From an uncultured Chloroflexia bacterium (GTDB lineage Bacteria > Chloroflexota > Limnocylindria > QHBO01), in NCBI GenBank assembly GCA_963825525.1, contig CAWGTN010000002.1, positions 1,824,001 to 1,888,000 on the forward strand: a stretch of 64,000 bases of DNA, given 5' to 3'. Positions 55,225-64,000 of this stretch are shown here, in pieces. Under the pieces are notes generated by a model. The model searched no databases. It worked only from the letters and a program-made list of their open reading frames with translations, and was not told the DNA's origin. The first letter of the stretch is position 1, and each line of letters starts with the position of its first letter. The position numbers and the translations under genes are program-made.

Positions 55225-56244
55225 TCAGCCGCCGATGAAGCTCATCTCGACCTTCGGAAGGTCGACGGTCTCGAGGCTCCGAAGCTCGGAGTAGCGATCG
55301 TCGCGACCGGTCCAGATGCGTCGCAGCGCCTCCGCCAGCTCTCGATCGTCGGCGCCGGATCGAATGATCGCGCGCAGGTCGTGCCCCGAGGTGGCGAAGA
55401 GGCAGGTGAAGAGCTGGCCATCGGCGGAGAGGCGCGCGCGAGTGCAGTCGCCGCAGAAGGGCTCCGTCACGCTGGTGATGACGCCGATCTCCCCGCCGCC
55501 GTCCCGGTAGCGGTAGCGCTGGGCAACCTCGCCGCGGTAGTCGGACGAGACGGGCTCGAGCGGCCACCGGGCGCCGATGGCGGCCACCACCTCGGCGGCC
55601 GGAATGACATCGTCGAGCCGCCAGCCGTTCGATGCACCGACGTCCATGTACTCGATGAATCGCACCGTGGCGTCCGTCCCGCGGAAGTGCTCCGCGAGGT
55701 CCACGATGGCGTGCTGGTTGAGGCCGCGCCGGATGACGGCGTTGACCTTGATCGGGCCGAGGCCCGCCGATTCGGCCGCGGCGATCCCCTCGAGGACCCG
55801 CGACACGGGGAAGCCCACGTCGTTCATGGCCTGGAAGGTGGCGTCGTCGAGGGCGTCGAGGCTGACCGTGACGCGGTCCAGCCCGGCATCGGCCAGGGCT
55901 TGCGCGCGTTTTGCCAGCAGGGACGCGTTGGTCGTCAACGTCAGGTCGTCGATGCCGTCGATCGCCGAGAGCATTCCGACCAGCGTCTCGAGGTTCCGGC
56001 GCACCAGTGGCTCCCCACCGGTCAGCCGCACCTTTCGGACGCCGAGTGCCACCGCGGCGCGCACGACGCGTTCGATCTCCTCGAAGTCCAGGATCTCGGC
56101 CCTCGGCAGGAACGCGTGATCGCGCCCGAACACTTCCTTCGGCATGCAATAGACGCAGCGGAAGTTGCAGCGGTCGGTGACGCTGATCCGCAGATCGCGC
56201 ATCGGGCGGCCGAGGGTGTCGAGGACGGTCAACGGTTCGGGCAT
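55225..56244 (-). CDS. moaA: GTP 3',8-cyclase
   Basis: CNFRCVYC radical SAM motif, FCGDCTRARL...CLF, C-terminal IGG. Confidence 0.95.
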   Translation of the reverse strand: MPEPLTVLDTLGRPMRDLRISVTDRCNFRCVYCMPKEVFGRDHAFLPRAEILDFEEIERVVRAAVALGVRKVRLTGGEPLVRRNLETLVGMLSAIDGIDDLTLTTNASLLAKRAQALADAGLDRVTVSLDALDDATFQAMNDVGFPVSRVLEGIAAAESAGLGPIKVNAVIRRGLNQHAIVDLAEHFRGTDATVRFIEYMDVGASNGWRLDDVIPAAEVVAAIGARWPLEPVSSDYRGEVAQRYRYRDGGGEIGVITSVTEPFCGDCTRARLSADGQLFTCLFATSGHDLRAIIRSGADDRELAEALRRIWTGRDDRYSELRSLETVDLPKVEMSFIGG

Positions 56245-56287
56245 GTGCCGTCCATGGTGGCAGCGCCGGCCGATCCTGCCAATCGCG

Positions 56288-58168
56288 TCATCCCACGAAT
56301 CGCCCGAGGCCGATGGTCGCACCCAGGATGACGGCAACCGCGCCTCCAACGACCAGCGCGATCCGCGACGCGGCCAGCTCGCAGCGCGGCAGGCGCGCGC
56401 CACCCAGGCCGAGGCCCACCCCCACGGCTCCGAACAGCAGCAGCGCGGCCGCGATGACCGTGACGATATCGAGCGGCGGCTGGGCTCGGCCGTCGTCGAT
56501 CCCGGACTCGGACAACGTGAATGCGAAGCGCTGCCGGGCCATCTCCACGCCGGATTGCGCGGACAGGATCCGGACGCTCGTGTCCCAGGAGCTCGATCCG
56601 GGCAGGACGACCGCATCGGCGATCCACTCGATGGTTCCTGTCGTCGAGGCCTGCGTCGCGCCGTGCGTCCCGCCATGTGACCCGCCGGCATCGGCGGTGG
56701 TGAGTGGGACCCGAGTGCTGGAACCGGTGTCGAGTCGATCGAGACCGAGCTCCAGCGATGAAGCGGCAAGCGCATCGGTGGTGCTGACCACGATCCGGTT
56801 GAGCCCCGGGCGTCCGGGAACGAGGCTCATGCTCATGCCGGGCGCGATCGTTCCGAAGGCGTCCGGGATCGGCGCGATCCCGACACCCAGCGGCTCGTCG
56901 ACCGGCGGCGTGCTTGCGAGGGCCGCGGTCATGACCAGCACCGTCGTCGCCAGCATCAGCTCGATCGTGACGCGGTTGCGCAGGCCGTCCAGCCACATCA
57001 TCATGCGGCCGCCGTCGAGGTAGTTCAGTCCGCCGAGCGCCAGGGCACCCCCGGCGAAGCCGCCCTTCATGAGGAGGGTGCGGCCGTATTCGGTGTCGAG
57101 GTCGAGCACCACCCCGGTCTGCACGATTGCGCTGTGGATTCCGGTCAGGACAACGAGGCCGATGGAGACCAGTGCCAGAGCGGAGAAGCGCGGAACGCTG
57201 GTGCGCATGGTCGGGACCGGCCCCTCGCTGAGCATCCGCGGCCAGCGGGCCAGGATCACGAGCCCGACGATTCCGCCGATCCAGACGGCCGCGCCGGAGA
57301 CATGCACCAGCTGGCTCAGGACCGCGGCCGGGCCGGGAATGCCGGACGCATGGCCCGCCAGCACGAGGAGCACCACGCCGGCCAGGCCGGTGGCACCCGC
57401 CGCGAGACCCGCGATGCGTCCGGGCACGACGACGAGGAGCGCGACACCACCGAGCGCGGCGACCGAGGCGCGCGCGAGCTGGAGGACACCGTTGCGACTT
57501 CCGGTCAGGTACTCGGCGACCCCGCCGGCTTCGAGGCCGGACACCGTGGCCGCCACCAGGGTCGCAAGGCCCGAGAGGACCAGCGCCCCTCCGATTCCGC
57601 GGACGAGGACCTGCGGCATGGGCCCGGAGCGGACGACCACGCGATGGAAGACGCTCAGGCCGATGGCCAGGAGCAGACCGATATAGGTCAGCCAGCGACC
57701 GATGACCGCCGACGGCTCCGCAGCCTCGTGGACCACGTCGTCACCGCCGGCGGCACTGACCTCGCCCACGTCGCCGACGCCGAAGCTCAGGAACCCCTCG
57801 GCGGTATGCCCGTCGGCTGCCGACAACGTGCGCCAGGTGAGCGTGTAGATCCCCTCGCCGAGCTCGGGCGCCTCGAGCACCAGCGCGAACGGATCCTCCG
57901 GATCCACGGTTCCGACACGCGAGAGAACGGTCTCACCGTCAGGATCGGCGAGGTCGAACGACGTCACCTGCTCCTCGAGCGGCTCGCTGAAAACGAGCCG
58001 GATCTCTTCGGGCGTCTCGGGCAGGACCGCGCCTGCCCCCGGCGAGCTCGTCACCAGCTGCGCATGGGCAAGGACCCGCGTCCCCGCCGCGCCGGGCAGA
58101 GCCGGCGCGGCGAGAAGGGCGAGTACGGCAACCGCGCCGGCGAGGCGCAGCGCCCGGCACCCGGGCAT
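56288..58168 (-). CDS. CopC-CopD fusion copper uptake protein (YcnJ-like)
   Basis: Signal peptide then HAQL..SSP...DGH; membrane domain with GHA, H....AVWIGG, RFS, YG..L. Confidence 0.85.
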   Translation of the reverse strand: MPGCRALRLAGAVAVLALLAAPALPGAAGTRVLAHAQLVTSSPGAGAVLPETPEEIRLVFSEPLEEQVTSFDLADPDGETVLSRVGTVDPEDPFALVLEAPELGEGIYTLTWRTLSAADGHTAEGFLSFGVGDVGEVSAAGGDDVVHEAAEPSAVIGRWLTYIGLLLAIGLSVFHRVVVRSGPMPQVLVRGIGGALVLSGLATLVAATVSGLEAGGVAEYLTGSRNGVLQLARASVAALGGVALLVVVPGRIAGLAAGATGLAGVVLLVLAGHASGIPGPAAVLSQLVHVSGAAVWIGGIVGLVILARWPRMLSEGPVPTMRTSVPRFSALALVSIGLVVLTGIHSAIVQTGVVLDLDTEYGRTLLMKGGFAGGALALGGLNYLDGGRMMMWLDGLRNRVTIELMLATTVLVMTAALASTPPVDEPLGVGIAPIPDAFGTIAPGMSMSLVPGRPGLNRIVVSTTDALAASSLELGLDRLDTGSSTRVPLTTADAGGSHGGTHGATQASTTGTIEWIADAVVLPGSSSWDTSVRILSAQSGVEMARQRFAFTLSESGIDDGRAQPPLDIVTVIAAALLLFGAVGVGLGLGGARLPRCELAASRIALVVGGAVAVILGATIGLGRFVG

Positions 58169-58755
58169 CAGGCGCGGCGACGCGCCACGGCCAGCCCCAG
58201 GGCCATCAGGCCGGCCAGGAGCCCGGCGCCGCCGACCACGAGCGCCAGCGTTGCCGTCCCCGCCGCAGCGGCTCCGGCCTCGGCGTCCCGAGCCGTATCG
58301 CCAGCCGCAGGCAGGACGACCGGGAACTGGCCGGCGGTCGCGTCCTGCACCTCGCTGAACGTGTCCGGACCGGATGTGAACCTTTCGTCGATCGGCTCAC
58401 CGTCAATCTCGCCGAAGATGTGGAAGGTGTACGCGCCGGCGGCCGTCGGGAAGAAGACCGCCCGGTAGGCACCCGGCTCGCCGAATCGTGGCGAGATCTC
58501 GAGGTCGCGCGACTGGTCGCCGAAGGTGACTTCGGCCTCCAGCGTCTCCTCGAGTCCCTCCACCGGCTCGCCGTCATGCGTGACTCGGAGGTCGAGTCCG
58601 CTCTTCTGGCCGTTGAAGACCGGTTCGTCAAGGAACCCGACGATCATCGTGATGTCGTCGATTTCCCGGCTCTCGTGAGCCAGGGTGGAGCCGATGCTGG
58701 CGACCATCGTCAACATCGCCCCGAGGACGGCTGCGCGTCCAAGGCGTCGAAACAT
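58168..58755 (-). CDS. Exported protein with mature N-terminal His and C-terminal membrane anchor (putative Cu-binding)
   Basis: SD GAGGAG before MFRRLGR; signal peptide ending ..TLA-HE; C-terminal TM plus RRRA. Confidence 0.7.
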   Translation of the reverse strand: MFRRLGRAAVLGAMLTMVASIGSTLAHESREIDDITMIVGFLDEPVFNGQKSGLDLRVTHDGEPVEGLEETLEAEVTFGDQSRDLEISPRFGEPGAYRAVFFPTAAGAYTFHIFGEIDGEPIDERFTSGPDTFSEVQDATAGQFPVVLPAAGDTARDAEAGAAAAGTATLALVVGGAGLLAGLMALGLAVARRRA

Positions 58756-58803
58756 GTTCAGATTCTCCTCGCGGGTCGCCATGCGCGACCCGCCTGCGTT
58801 CGC

Positions 58804-59466
58804 TTACCTGGTCCTGAAGGCGAACGTCATCGGCGGTGCCCGACCCGCCACGTTGTCGGAGATGTCCGGCGCTCGACGGGGAGCGACGGGACGCCCGGGA
58901 CGTGGTACTGCCCGCGGGGCTCGGAGGCGGCTGCGTCGCAGTGCCGCCGCGATGATAGTGATGAGGTCGCGCTCGACCGCGCCGAGGGAAGCGACGACGA
59001 GCGCCGAAAGCGCCGTGAAGGCGGCCAGAACCGGGAGTGCGAGCGGATATTCCGGTCCGATCAGCGCTCCGAGCGCCGGGATGTGGCCGTGGGCAATCGC
59101 GTGTTCGAGGTTCTCCTGCACCACGAACCCGATGGTCACGACGACGAAGAGCCGTGACCAGGTCGCGACGAACCGGATGCGATGCGCCCCGTGGCCGGCA
59201 CGCGGGGCCCCCCGGGCGCGCCGTGCCAGCCGCACGATGTTGAGCATCCAGCGCCCGACCGCGATGGCCCCGACCACGGCGATCAGCGTGCTGGCCGCTG
59301 CCCAATATCCATGGCCGGCGCCGCGCAATGCGTGGGTCAGGGATTCGCCCGGCCCGAGCTGCGCCATGAAGATCGCATCGTGGCTGGCGAGCAGGACGAC
59401 GCCCGCGAGCGCCCAGAAGGCGATGCGCGGCGAGATGCGGGCGGCGATCCGTGTGGTGAATCCCAT
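58804..59466 (-). CDS. His-rich multi-pass membrane protein with C-terminal RAPP motif
   Basis: About 4 TM helices; SHD, GHGYW, QENLEHAIAHGH; ends ...VAGRAPPMTFAFRTR; start uncertain (59466-59496). Confidence 0.7.
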   Translation of the reverse strand: MGFTTRIAARISPRIAFWALAGVVLLASHDAIFMAQLGPGESLTHALRGAGHGYWAAASTLIAVVGAIAVGRWMLNIVRLARRARGAPRAGHGAHRIRFVATWSRLFVVVTIGFVVQENLEHAIAHGHIPALGALIGPEYPLALPVLAAFTALSALVVASLGAVERDLITIIAAALRRSRLRAPRAVPRPGRPVAPRRAPDISDNVAGRAPPMTFAFRTR

Positions 59467-59517
59467 GAATCTCATACGGTAGCCGGAACGCTTCATACGT
59501 CCGGACCGCCGATCAAG

Positions 59518-60942
59518 TCAGGCCGACTCGCCGTGACCGTGGGGATGTTCGACCATCCGCATTCGCAACGCGGGGAGGGGCCGCGGGTCCGGATCGGGCT
59601 CGTACTCGTCGGTCCCCTCCGCCACCGCGTACGTCCACGCCGGCCCGTCGTCGGAAATGGCACGCAGCCCATCGACGAAGGCGTCGATATCCGATCGGTT
59701 CGCGCCCAGGCCCAGGCTCATGCGGGCGGCGCCGGGCAGTCGCTCGTGATGACCGGCTCGCGTCTCGTCGAGCAGCCGGTTCGCCTCCGCGTCACTCACG
59801 CGGAGGAGCCGCATCATGAGCGGGTGGGCACAGAAGCATCCATGACGGATCCCGATCCCGTGCTCGGCCGACAGCACGGCCGCCAGGAGGTCGTATGGGA
59901 CGCCACGCAGGTTGAACGTGGCGAGTCCGACGCGGGGATGATCGGCATCCCAGATCCGATAGTGCTCGAAGCCATCGATCTCGCCGAGGCGGCCGAGCGC
60001 GTAGGCAAGGAGCTCCGCTTCCTCCGCGTGGACGCGATCCATTCCCGCCTGGGCGAGAGTGTCGCAGGCGACGCCCAGTGCAACCGCTCCGATGACGTTC
60101 GGCGAGCCGGCCTCCTGGCGGTCCGGCAGCTCCGCCCAGACGGTCTCATCGGTCGTCACCAGCTTCACCGCTCCTCCGCCCCGGAGGAACGGATCTCCCG
60201 CCGAGAGCCAGTCGCGTTCCCCGATGAGCGCACCGGCGCCGTACGGCGCATAGAGCTTGTGGCCGGACAGGGCCAGGTAATCGATGCCGTCACCGGCCAT
60301 GTCGATCGGCGCGTGTGGGGCGAGCTGGGCCGCATCCACGAGGAGACGAGCTCCGTGCTCATGGGCAACGCCTGCAATCTCGGCGAGCGGCCAGATCTCC
60401 CCCGTGACGTTCGACGCCCCCGTGATCGCGACGAGGTGCGGATCCTCGCAGTGCGGCAGGTCGCGCAGGGTGGCCGCCAGGATCTCGAGCATCTCGGCAG
60501 GCGATTCCGGTACCGGCAGGTAGCGAACGCCCATGCGCTTCCATGGCAGCAGGTTGGCGTGATGCTCGCCGGCGAAGCAGACCACGTGCGTCCCCTCCGG
60601 CAGGATGCCCGCCATGAGGTTGATCGAGTCGGTCGTGTTGCGGGTGATGATCACCGCGTCGTCGTCGCGCGCATTCACGAAGCGATGGATCGACTCGCGC
60701 GCTCCCTCGTAGGCGGCCGTCGACGCGCGTGACTTGAACCCCGCTCCGCGATGGACGCTGGAGTACCAGCCCAACAGCTCCTCGACGGCGTCATGGACGA
60801 CCTGGAGAGCAGGGGCCGATGCCCCGTAGTCCAGGTTGACGTAGCGCCTCGTCCCGCCGGTGACGAGAGGCACCTCGACATCGGCGCCGACCAGGCGCAC
60901 GAGGTCACTTCCGTGGATCGATGGCTCTCGGGTGGCCGTCAT
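59518..60942 (-). CDS. Class V PLP aminotransferase / cysteine desulfurase-like
   Basis: NLDYGAS, SSVHRG, EHHANLLPW, DAAQ, SGHKLYAP, RHGCFCAHP. Confidence 0.85.
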   Translation of the reverse strand: MTATREPSIHGSDLVRLVGADVEVPLVTGGTRRYVNLDYGASAPALQVVHDAVEELLGWYSSVHRGAGFKSRASTAAYEGARESIHRFVNARDDDAVIITRNTTDSINLMAGILPEGTHVVCFAGEHHANLLPWKRMGVRYLPVPESPAEMLEILAATLRDLPHCEDPHLVAITGASNVTGEIWPLAEIAGVAHEHGARLLVDAAQLAPHAPIDMAGDGIDYLALSGHKLYAPYGAGALIGERDWLSAGDPFLRGGGAVKLVTTDETVWAELPDRQEAGSPNVIGAVALGVACDTLAQAGMDRVHAEEAELLAYALGRLGEIDGFEHYRIWDADHPRVGLATFNLRGVPYDLLAAVLSAEHGIGIRHGCFCAHPLMMRLLRVSDAEANRLLDETRAGHHERLPGAARMSLGLGANRSDIDAFVDGLRAISDDGPAWTYAVAEGTDEYEPDPDPRPLPALRMRMVEHPHGHGESA

Positions 60943-60964
60943 CACCTTCATCCTACCCCCGACG

Positions 60965-61705
60965 TCAGGGGAAGAAGGCAAGCTTTGCAGCCGCCAGCAC
61001 CAGGACCAACGCCAGCGCCCGACGCAGGTTCAGGATCGTGAACCTGGTCGATCCGAGTCGAGAGCCGATGAGCCCGCCGCCAACGACCCCGGCGATCCAC
61101 ACCGGAATCTCCGGAGGGAGCGCCACCCCACCGCGCAGCAGCCCGGCGATCCCGGCCACCGAGTTCACCAGGATGAAGGCTCCCGACAGACCGGCCGCGG
61201 CCCGCGTCCCGGTCCAGCCCGTGAGGACGAGAAGCGGGGTCAGGAAGATGCCGCCGCCCGTCCCGCTCAGGCCGGCGAGGAGGCCGATTCCAGCACCGCT
61301 CGCAATGCCCGCCGCCATGGGAACGCCGGATGGCGTGGTGTCGTCGTCAGGGGAGGGCGAGGTTGCCAGCCGCACGGCGCCCGCCAGCAGCACGAGCGCC
61401 ACGAGCGGCCGATACAGCTCGCCGGGCAGGTGAATCATCCCGCCCAGGAATGCCATCGGCACGGACCCCATCGCGAGGGGCACCAGCTGGCGCCACGGGA
61501 GGTGTCCTGCCCGATGAAAGCGGACGATGACGATCGTCGCCACGAACAGGTTGAGGACCAGCGCCGTGGGGCGCATCGTCTCTGGCAGGACGCCGACCAG
61601 CGCCATCGCGGCCAGGTATGCCGATGCGCCGGCGTGGCCGACGCTCGAGTACAGCAGCGCCGCGGCGAAGAAGAGCGCCGCCAGCAGCAGCGCATCGGGG
61701 CTCAT
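60965..61705 (-). CDS. TauE/SafE (TSUP) family transporter
   Basis: YSSVGHAGAS, GLSGTGGGIFLTP; multi-TM. Confidence 0.85.
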   Translation of the reverse strand: MSPDALLLAALFFAAALLYSSVGHAGASAYLAAMALVGVLPETMRPTALVLNLFVATIVIVRFHRAGHLPWRQLVPLAMGSVPMAFLGGMIHLPGELYRPLVALVLLAGAVRLATSPSPDDDTTPSGVPMAAGIASGAGIGLLAGLSGTGGGIFLTPLLVLTGWTGTRAAAGLSGAFILVNSVAGIAGLLRGGVALPPEIPVWIAGVVGGGLIGSRLGSTRFTILNLRRALALVLVLAAAKLAFFP

Positions 61706-61725
61706 GGCCCCATGCTACGGGCTGG

Positions 61726-62958
61726 TCAGGGCTGCCAGATGGTGGTGTCGGGCCGGAAGATGACCCACGCGAACCAGAAGGGCTGGTCGTTGACCACCGG
61801 GTCAAGCCGCGTGCCCGCCATCGGCCCATCGATGGCCACGCCACCCGTGTTCCAGGTCGAGCCGGTTGCCGTGTCCGTCATGCGAGCGTCGCCGGCGGGC
61901 TCGAATTCGAGGGTTTCACCGTCGGGTCCCGTGCGCGAGTACACGACGGCCGAGCCGACCAGGTCGCCGCCGGCCACCGTGGCCTCACCGAGCCCGGATG
62001 AGGTGCCGGGCGCCCACAGGATCACGATCGGCTCACCGCCGACCTCATCGTTGACGAGTCCCACCTCGGCCAGGTCGGGCAACGGATAGGCGACCTCCTC
62101 CTCACCGAGCACGATGCCCACGATGCGGACCTTCGGATTGAGCCTGCCATCAAGGAGGGTCGTGTCCTGGAGGAGGAACGGGGTCGAATCGGCCCGGTCG
62201 TAGCCGCCATAGGGGTTTCGTCCGTAGTCTCGGCTGTGCCCGGTGTCGCGGGTGAGTACCTGGCCGTCGGGATGCAGGTCCTTGAACTGGGCCCAGCTGA
62301 CCAGCTGTGAGGGAAGAAACGCCAGCGCCGTGCCGCTGTACTCACCGACGATGCCGCGACCGGTCGCCTGCTGCCACCACGACTCGGTCTGCCGGTCGTA
62401 CATCACCAGGTCGGAGTGGCGAAGATTGCCGCTCACACCGAAGTCGAGCAGCCGGCCGTCGACCGTGCGGTCGAACGCGATGGCCGTGTGGCAGAGAGGG
62501 CAGAACGTGACCGCCAGCGAGGTCTCGCCGATCGTGTCGTTCACGATCTCGTGCCACATGAGGATCTGGATGGGGTAGGCGCGCCATTCCTCGTCGACGC
62601 CGACCATGATCACCGGCTCCTGGTCCTCGAGGAAGTCGACGGCGGAAACCTTGGCGAACTGCGGATCGTCGATGGCCGGAATGCCGTCCTTGCCCGGGCC
62701 ACCGCTGAGGAACTCGTTGAGCGGGACGTCATGACGGCTGAAGTCGGTCCCCCAGCCGGCCATGCTGACGCTCAGCCGATCTCCCGGACCCGGCGCGTCG
62801 GTGGGTGCGTCGGTGGCGTTCGACGTGGCGTCTGTGCCCGGTTCACTCTCCGGCACGGAAGCCCCACCTCCGCTCGGCGTCACGCTGCTGGTGCACGCGG
62901 CGAGCAGGAGCCCTCCTGCCAACATCGCGGTGATCGATCGTCGGTTCGGCCAGTTCAT
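61726..62958 (-). CDS. DUF3179 family lipoprotein
   Basis: Lipobox LAAC; GGPGKDGIPAID, HEIVND, FCPLC, FGVSG.L, YDRQTESWW, FWFAW. Confidence 0.8.
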   Translation of the reverse strand: MNWPNRRSITAMLAGGLLLAACTSSVTPSGGGASVPESEPGTDATSNATDAPTDAPGPGDRLSVSMAGWGTDFSRHDVPLNEFLSGGPGKDGIPAIDDPQFAKVSAVDFLEDQEPVIMVGVDEEWRAYPIQILMWHEIVNDTIGETSLAVTFCPLCHTAIAFDRTVDGRLLDFGVSGNLRHSDLVMYDRQTESWWQQATGRGIVGEYSGTALAFLPSQLVSWAQFKDLHPDGQVLTRDTGHSRDYGRNPYGGYDRADSTPFLLQDTTLLDGRLNPKVRIVGIVLGEEEVAYPLPDLAEVGLVNDEVGGEPIVILWAPGTSSGLGEATVAGGDLVGSAVVYSRTGPDGETLEFEPAGDARMTDTATGSTWNTGGVAIDGPMAGTRLDPVVNDQPFWFAWVIFRPDTTIWQP

Positions 62959-63040
62959 TCGATAAGCATCCTCGCTCGACCGTGCCCTCGCCGTAACGGG
63001 GATCACATCCGTGACGCGGGGTCAGCACGATGCTGGACGC

Positions 63041-63307
63041 ATGCAACTCATGAAACAGATCCTCGGCTCAACGGACACGTGCGAGCACCTTCCGGACAGC
63101 CCGCCGACCGCCCTTGCCAACGAGTGCCAGGAATGCGGCAGCGGCTTCAACATTCGACTCTGCGGCACGTGCGGTCACGTCGGCTGCTGCGACTCCCAGT
63201 CGGGGCACGCCCGAATCCACGCCAACGAGACCGGTCACCCGATCATCTACGCCGATCCCAAAGGCGGCGGCTTCGTCTGGTGCTACTCCCACAACCGCTA
63301 CCTGTAG
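63041..63307 (+). CDS. UBP-type zinc finger protein
   Basis: CEH, CQEC, LCGTCGHVGCCDS, HA..H, WCY. Confidence 0.85.
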   Translation: MQLMKQILGSTDTCEHLPDSPPTALANECQECGSGFNIRLCGTCGHVGCCDSQSGHARIHANETGHPIIYADPKGGGFVWCYSHNRYL

Positions 63308-63312
63308 GCGCC

Positions 63313-64000
63313 TCAACCGGCCTCGAGCTCGCGATGGGCGTTCATGAAGGCCGTGCCCATCACGCGCGCCACCGTCGGAAAGGCGTGGATCGTGTCCGCC
63401 AGGACGGCCAGCGGCGTCCGGAGCTTCACCGCCAGGACGGCTTCGTGGATCGTCTCGCTGACGCCGGGTCCTGCCAGGAACACGCCGACCAGTACCTTGG
63501 CGGCCCGATCCACGACGATCGTGCAGTGGCCCGATGCTTCGGCGGTGTACCCCCTGGCCGACGTTCCCAGGTCCACGCTGAACTCGACCGCGTCGATCCC
63601 GAGCTCCTTCGCTTCGTCGAGCTTCAGGCCGACGGATGACGCCTCGGGATCGGTATAGATCGCGCGGGGGATCGCTGTGTGATCGGGGGTGACGTCGTCG
63701 CCGAGCGCCAGCTGCGCCGCGAGCTCGCCCTGGTAGTGGGCAAGGTGCGTGTGCATCTCCGGACCGCCCGCGTCGCCGATGAGGTAGACGTTCTCCGCGA
63801 TCCGCAGCTTCTCGTCGGGCGTCACGCGCCCCTTCTCCGGCGTCACACCGATGGAACCCAGGTTGAGCGCGTCGAGCGGCACGTCGCGACCGACGGCAAG
63901 CATGATCTCGTGGCCCTCGACGGTTGATCCGTCCGACAGCGTGACGACATGGGCGCCGTCGGAGCCTGCTGCGGCATCGACGCGCTCGGCGCGGACCCCG
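63313..64000 (-). CDS. Pyridine nucleotide-disulfide oxidoreductase (partial; C-terminal half)
   Basis: AVGR, IGD, HTHLAHYQG, YTDPE, IHAFPT dimerisation domain. Confidence 0.85.
   Translation of the reverse strand, partial: GVRAERVDAAAGSDGAHVVTLSDGSTVEGHEIMLAVGRDVPLDALNLGSIGVTPEKGRVTPDEKLRIAENVYLIGDAGGPEMHTHLAHYQGELAAQLALGDDVTPDHTAIPRAIYTDPEASSVGLKLDEAKELGIDAVEFSVDLGTSARGYTAEASGHCTIVVDRAAKVLVGVFLAGPGVSETIHEAVLAVKLRTPLAVLADTIHAFPTVARVMGTAFMNAHRELEAG

Noticed and set aside
60943-60965. SAM riboswitch upstream of the desulfurase-like gene
   Set aside because: Only about 20 nt separate it from TauE; no room
61726-62958. Selenoprotein form of DUF3179
   Set aside because: Motif is CPLC with no in-frame TGA

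Overview
High-GC bacterial chromosomal window, most consistent with a Chloroflexota-like organism (inferred from a T-box riboswitch in GC-rich DNA, many apparently leaderless genes, a type I-beta DAHP synthase and citramalate synthase). About 20 single-base frameshifts interrupt otherwise intact genes, which suggests uncorrected long-read assembly. Content in order: a GMC oxidoreductase operon; alr; a GntR-linked catabolic cluster (SDR, MBL hydrolase, PHP phosphatase, xanthine-dehydrogenase-type Mo enzyme, ABM protein and a split dikinase); a phosphotriesterase/FAD oxidoreductase/KDPG-aldolase/SDR operon; the ilvBNC-leuA-leuB-cimA-ilvE operon; ilvD; leuCD; a small lower-GC island of immunity-like genes beside a duplicated aroQ 3' end; the shikimate operon; Trp T-box-trpEG-DUF5612; bioY, ROK, xdhC, moaA; a CopCD copper locus; a desulfurase-TauE-DUF3179 group. 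Best leads: (1) an 8-residue MNAMWFYG leader peptide plus terminator ahead of the aro operon; (2) a His-rich membrane ORF ending in a RAPP arrest motif just upstream of copper-uptake genes; (3) the split two-His dikinase coupled to a Mo hydroxylase; (4) the aroQ 3'-end duplication; (5) an Ile/Leu/Val attenuator. All family assignments come from motif recognition, not database searches.
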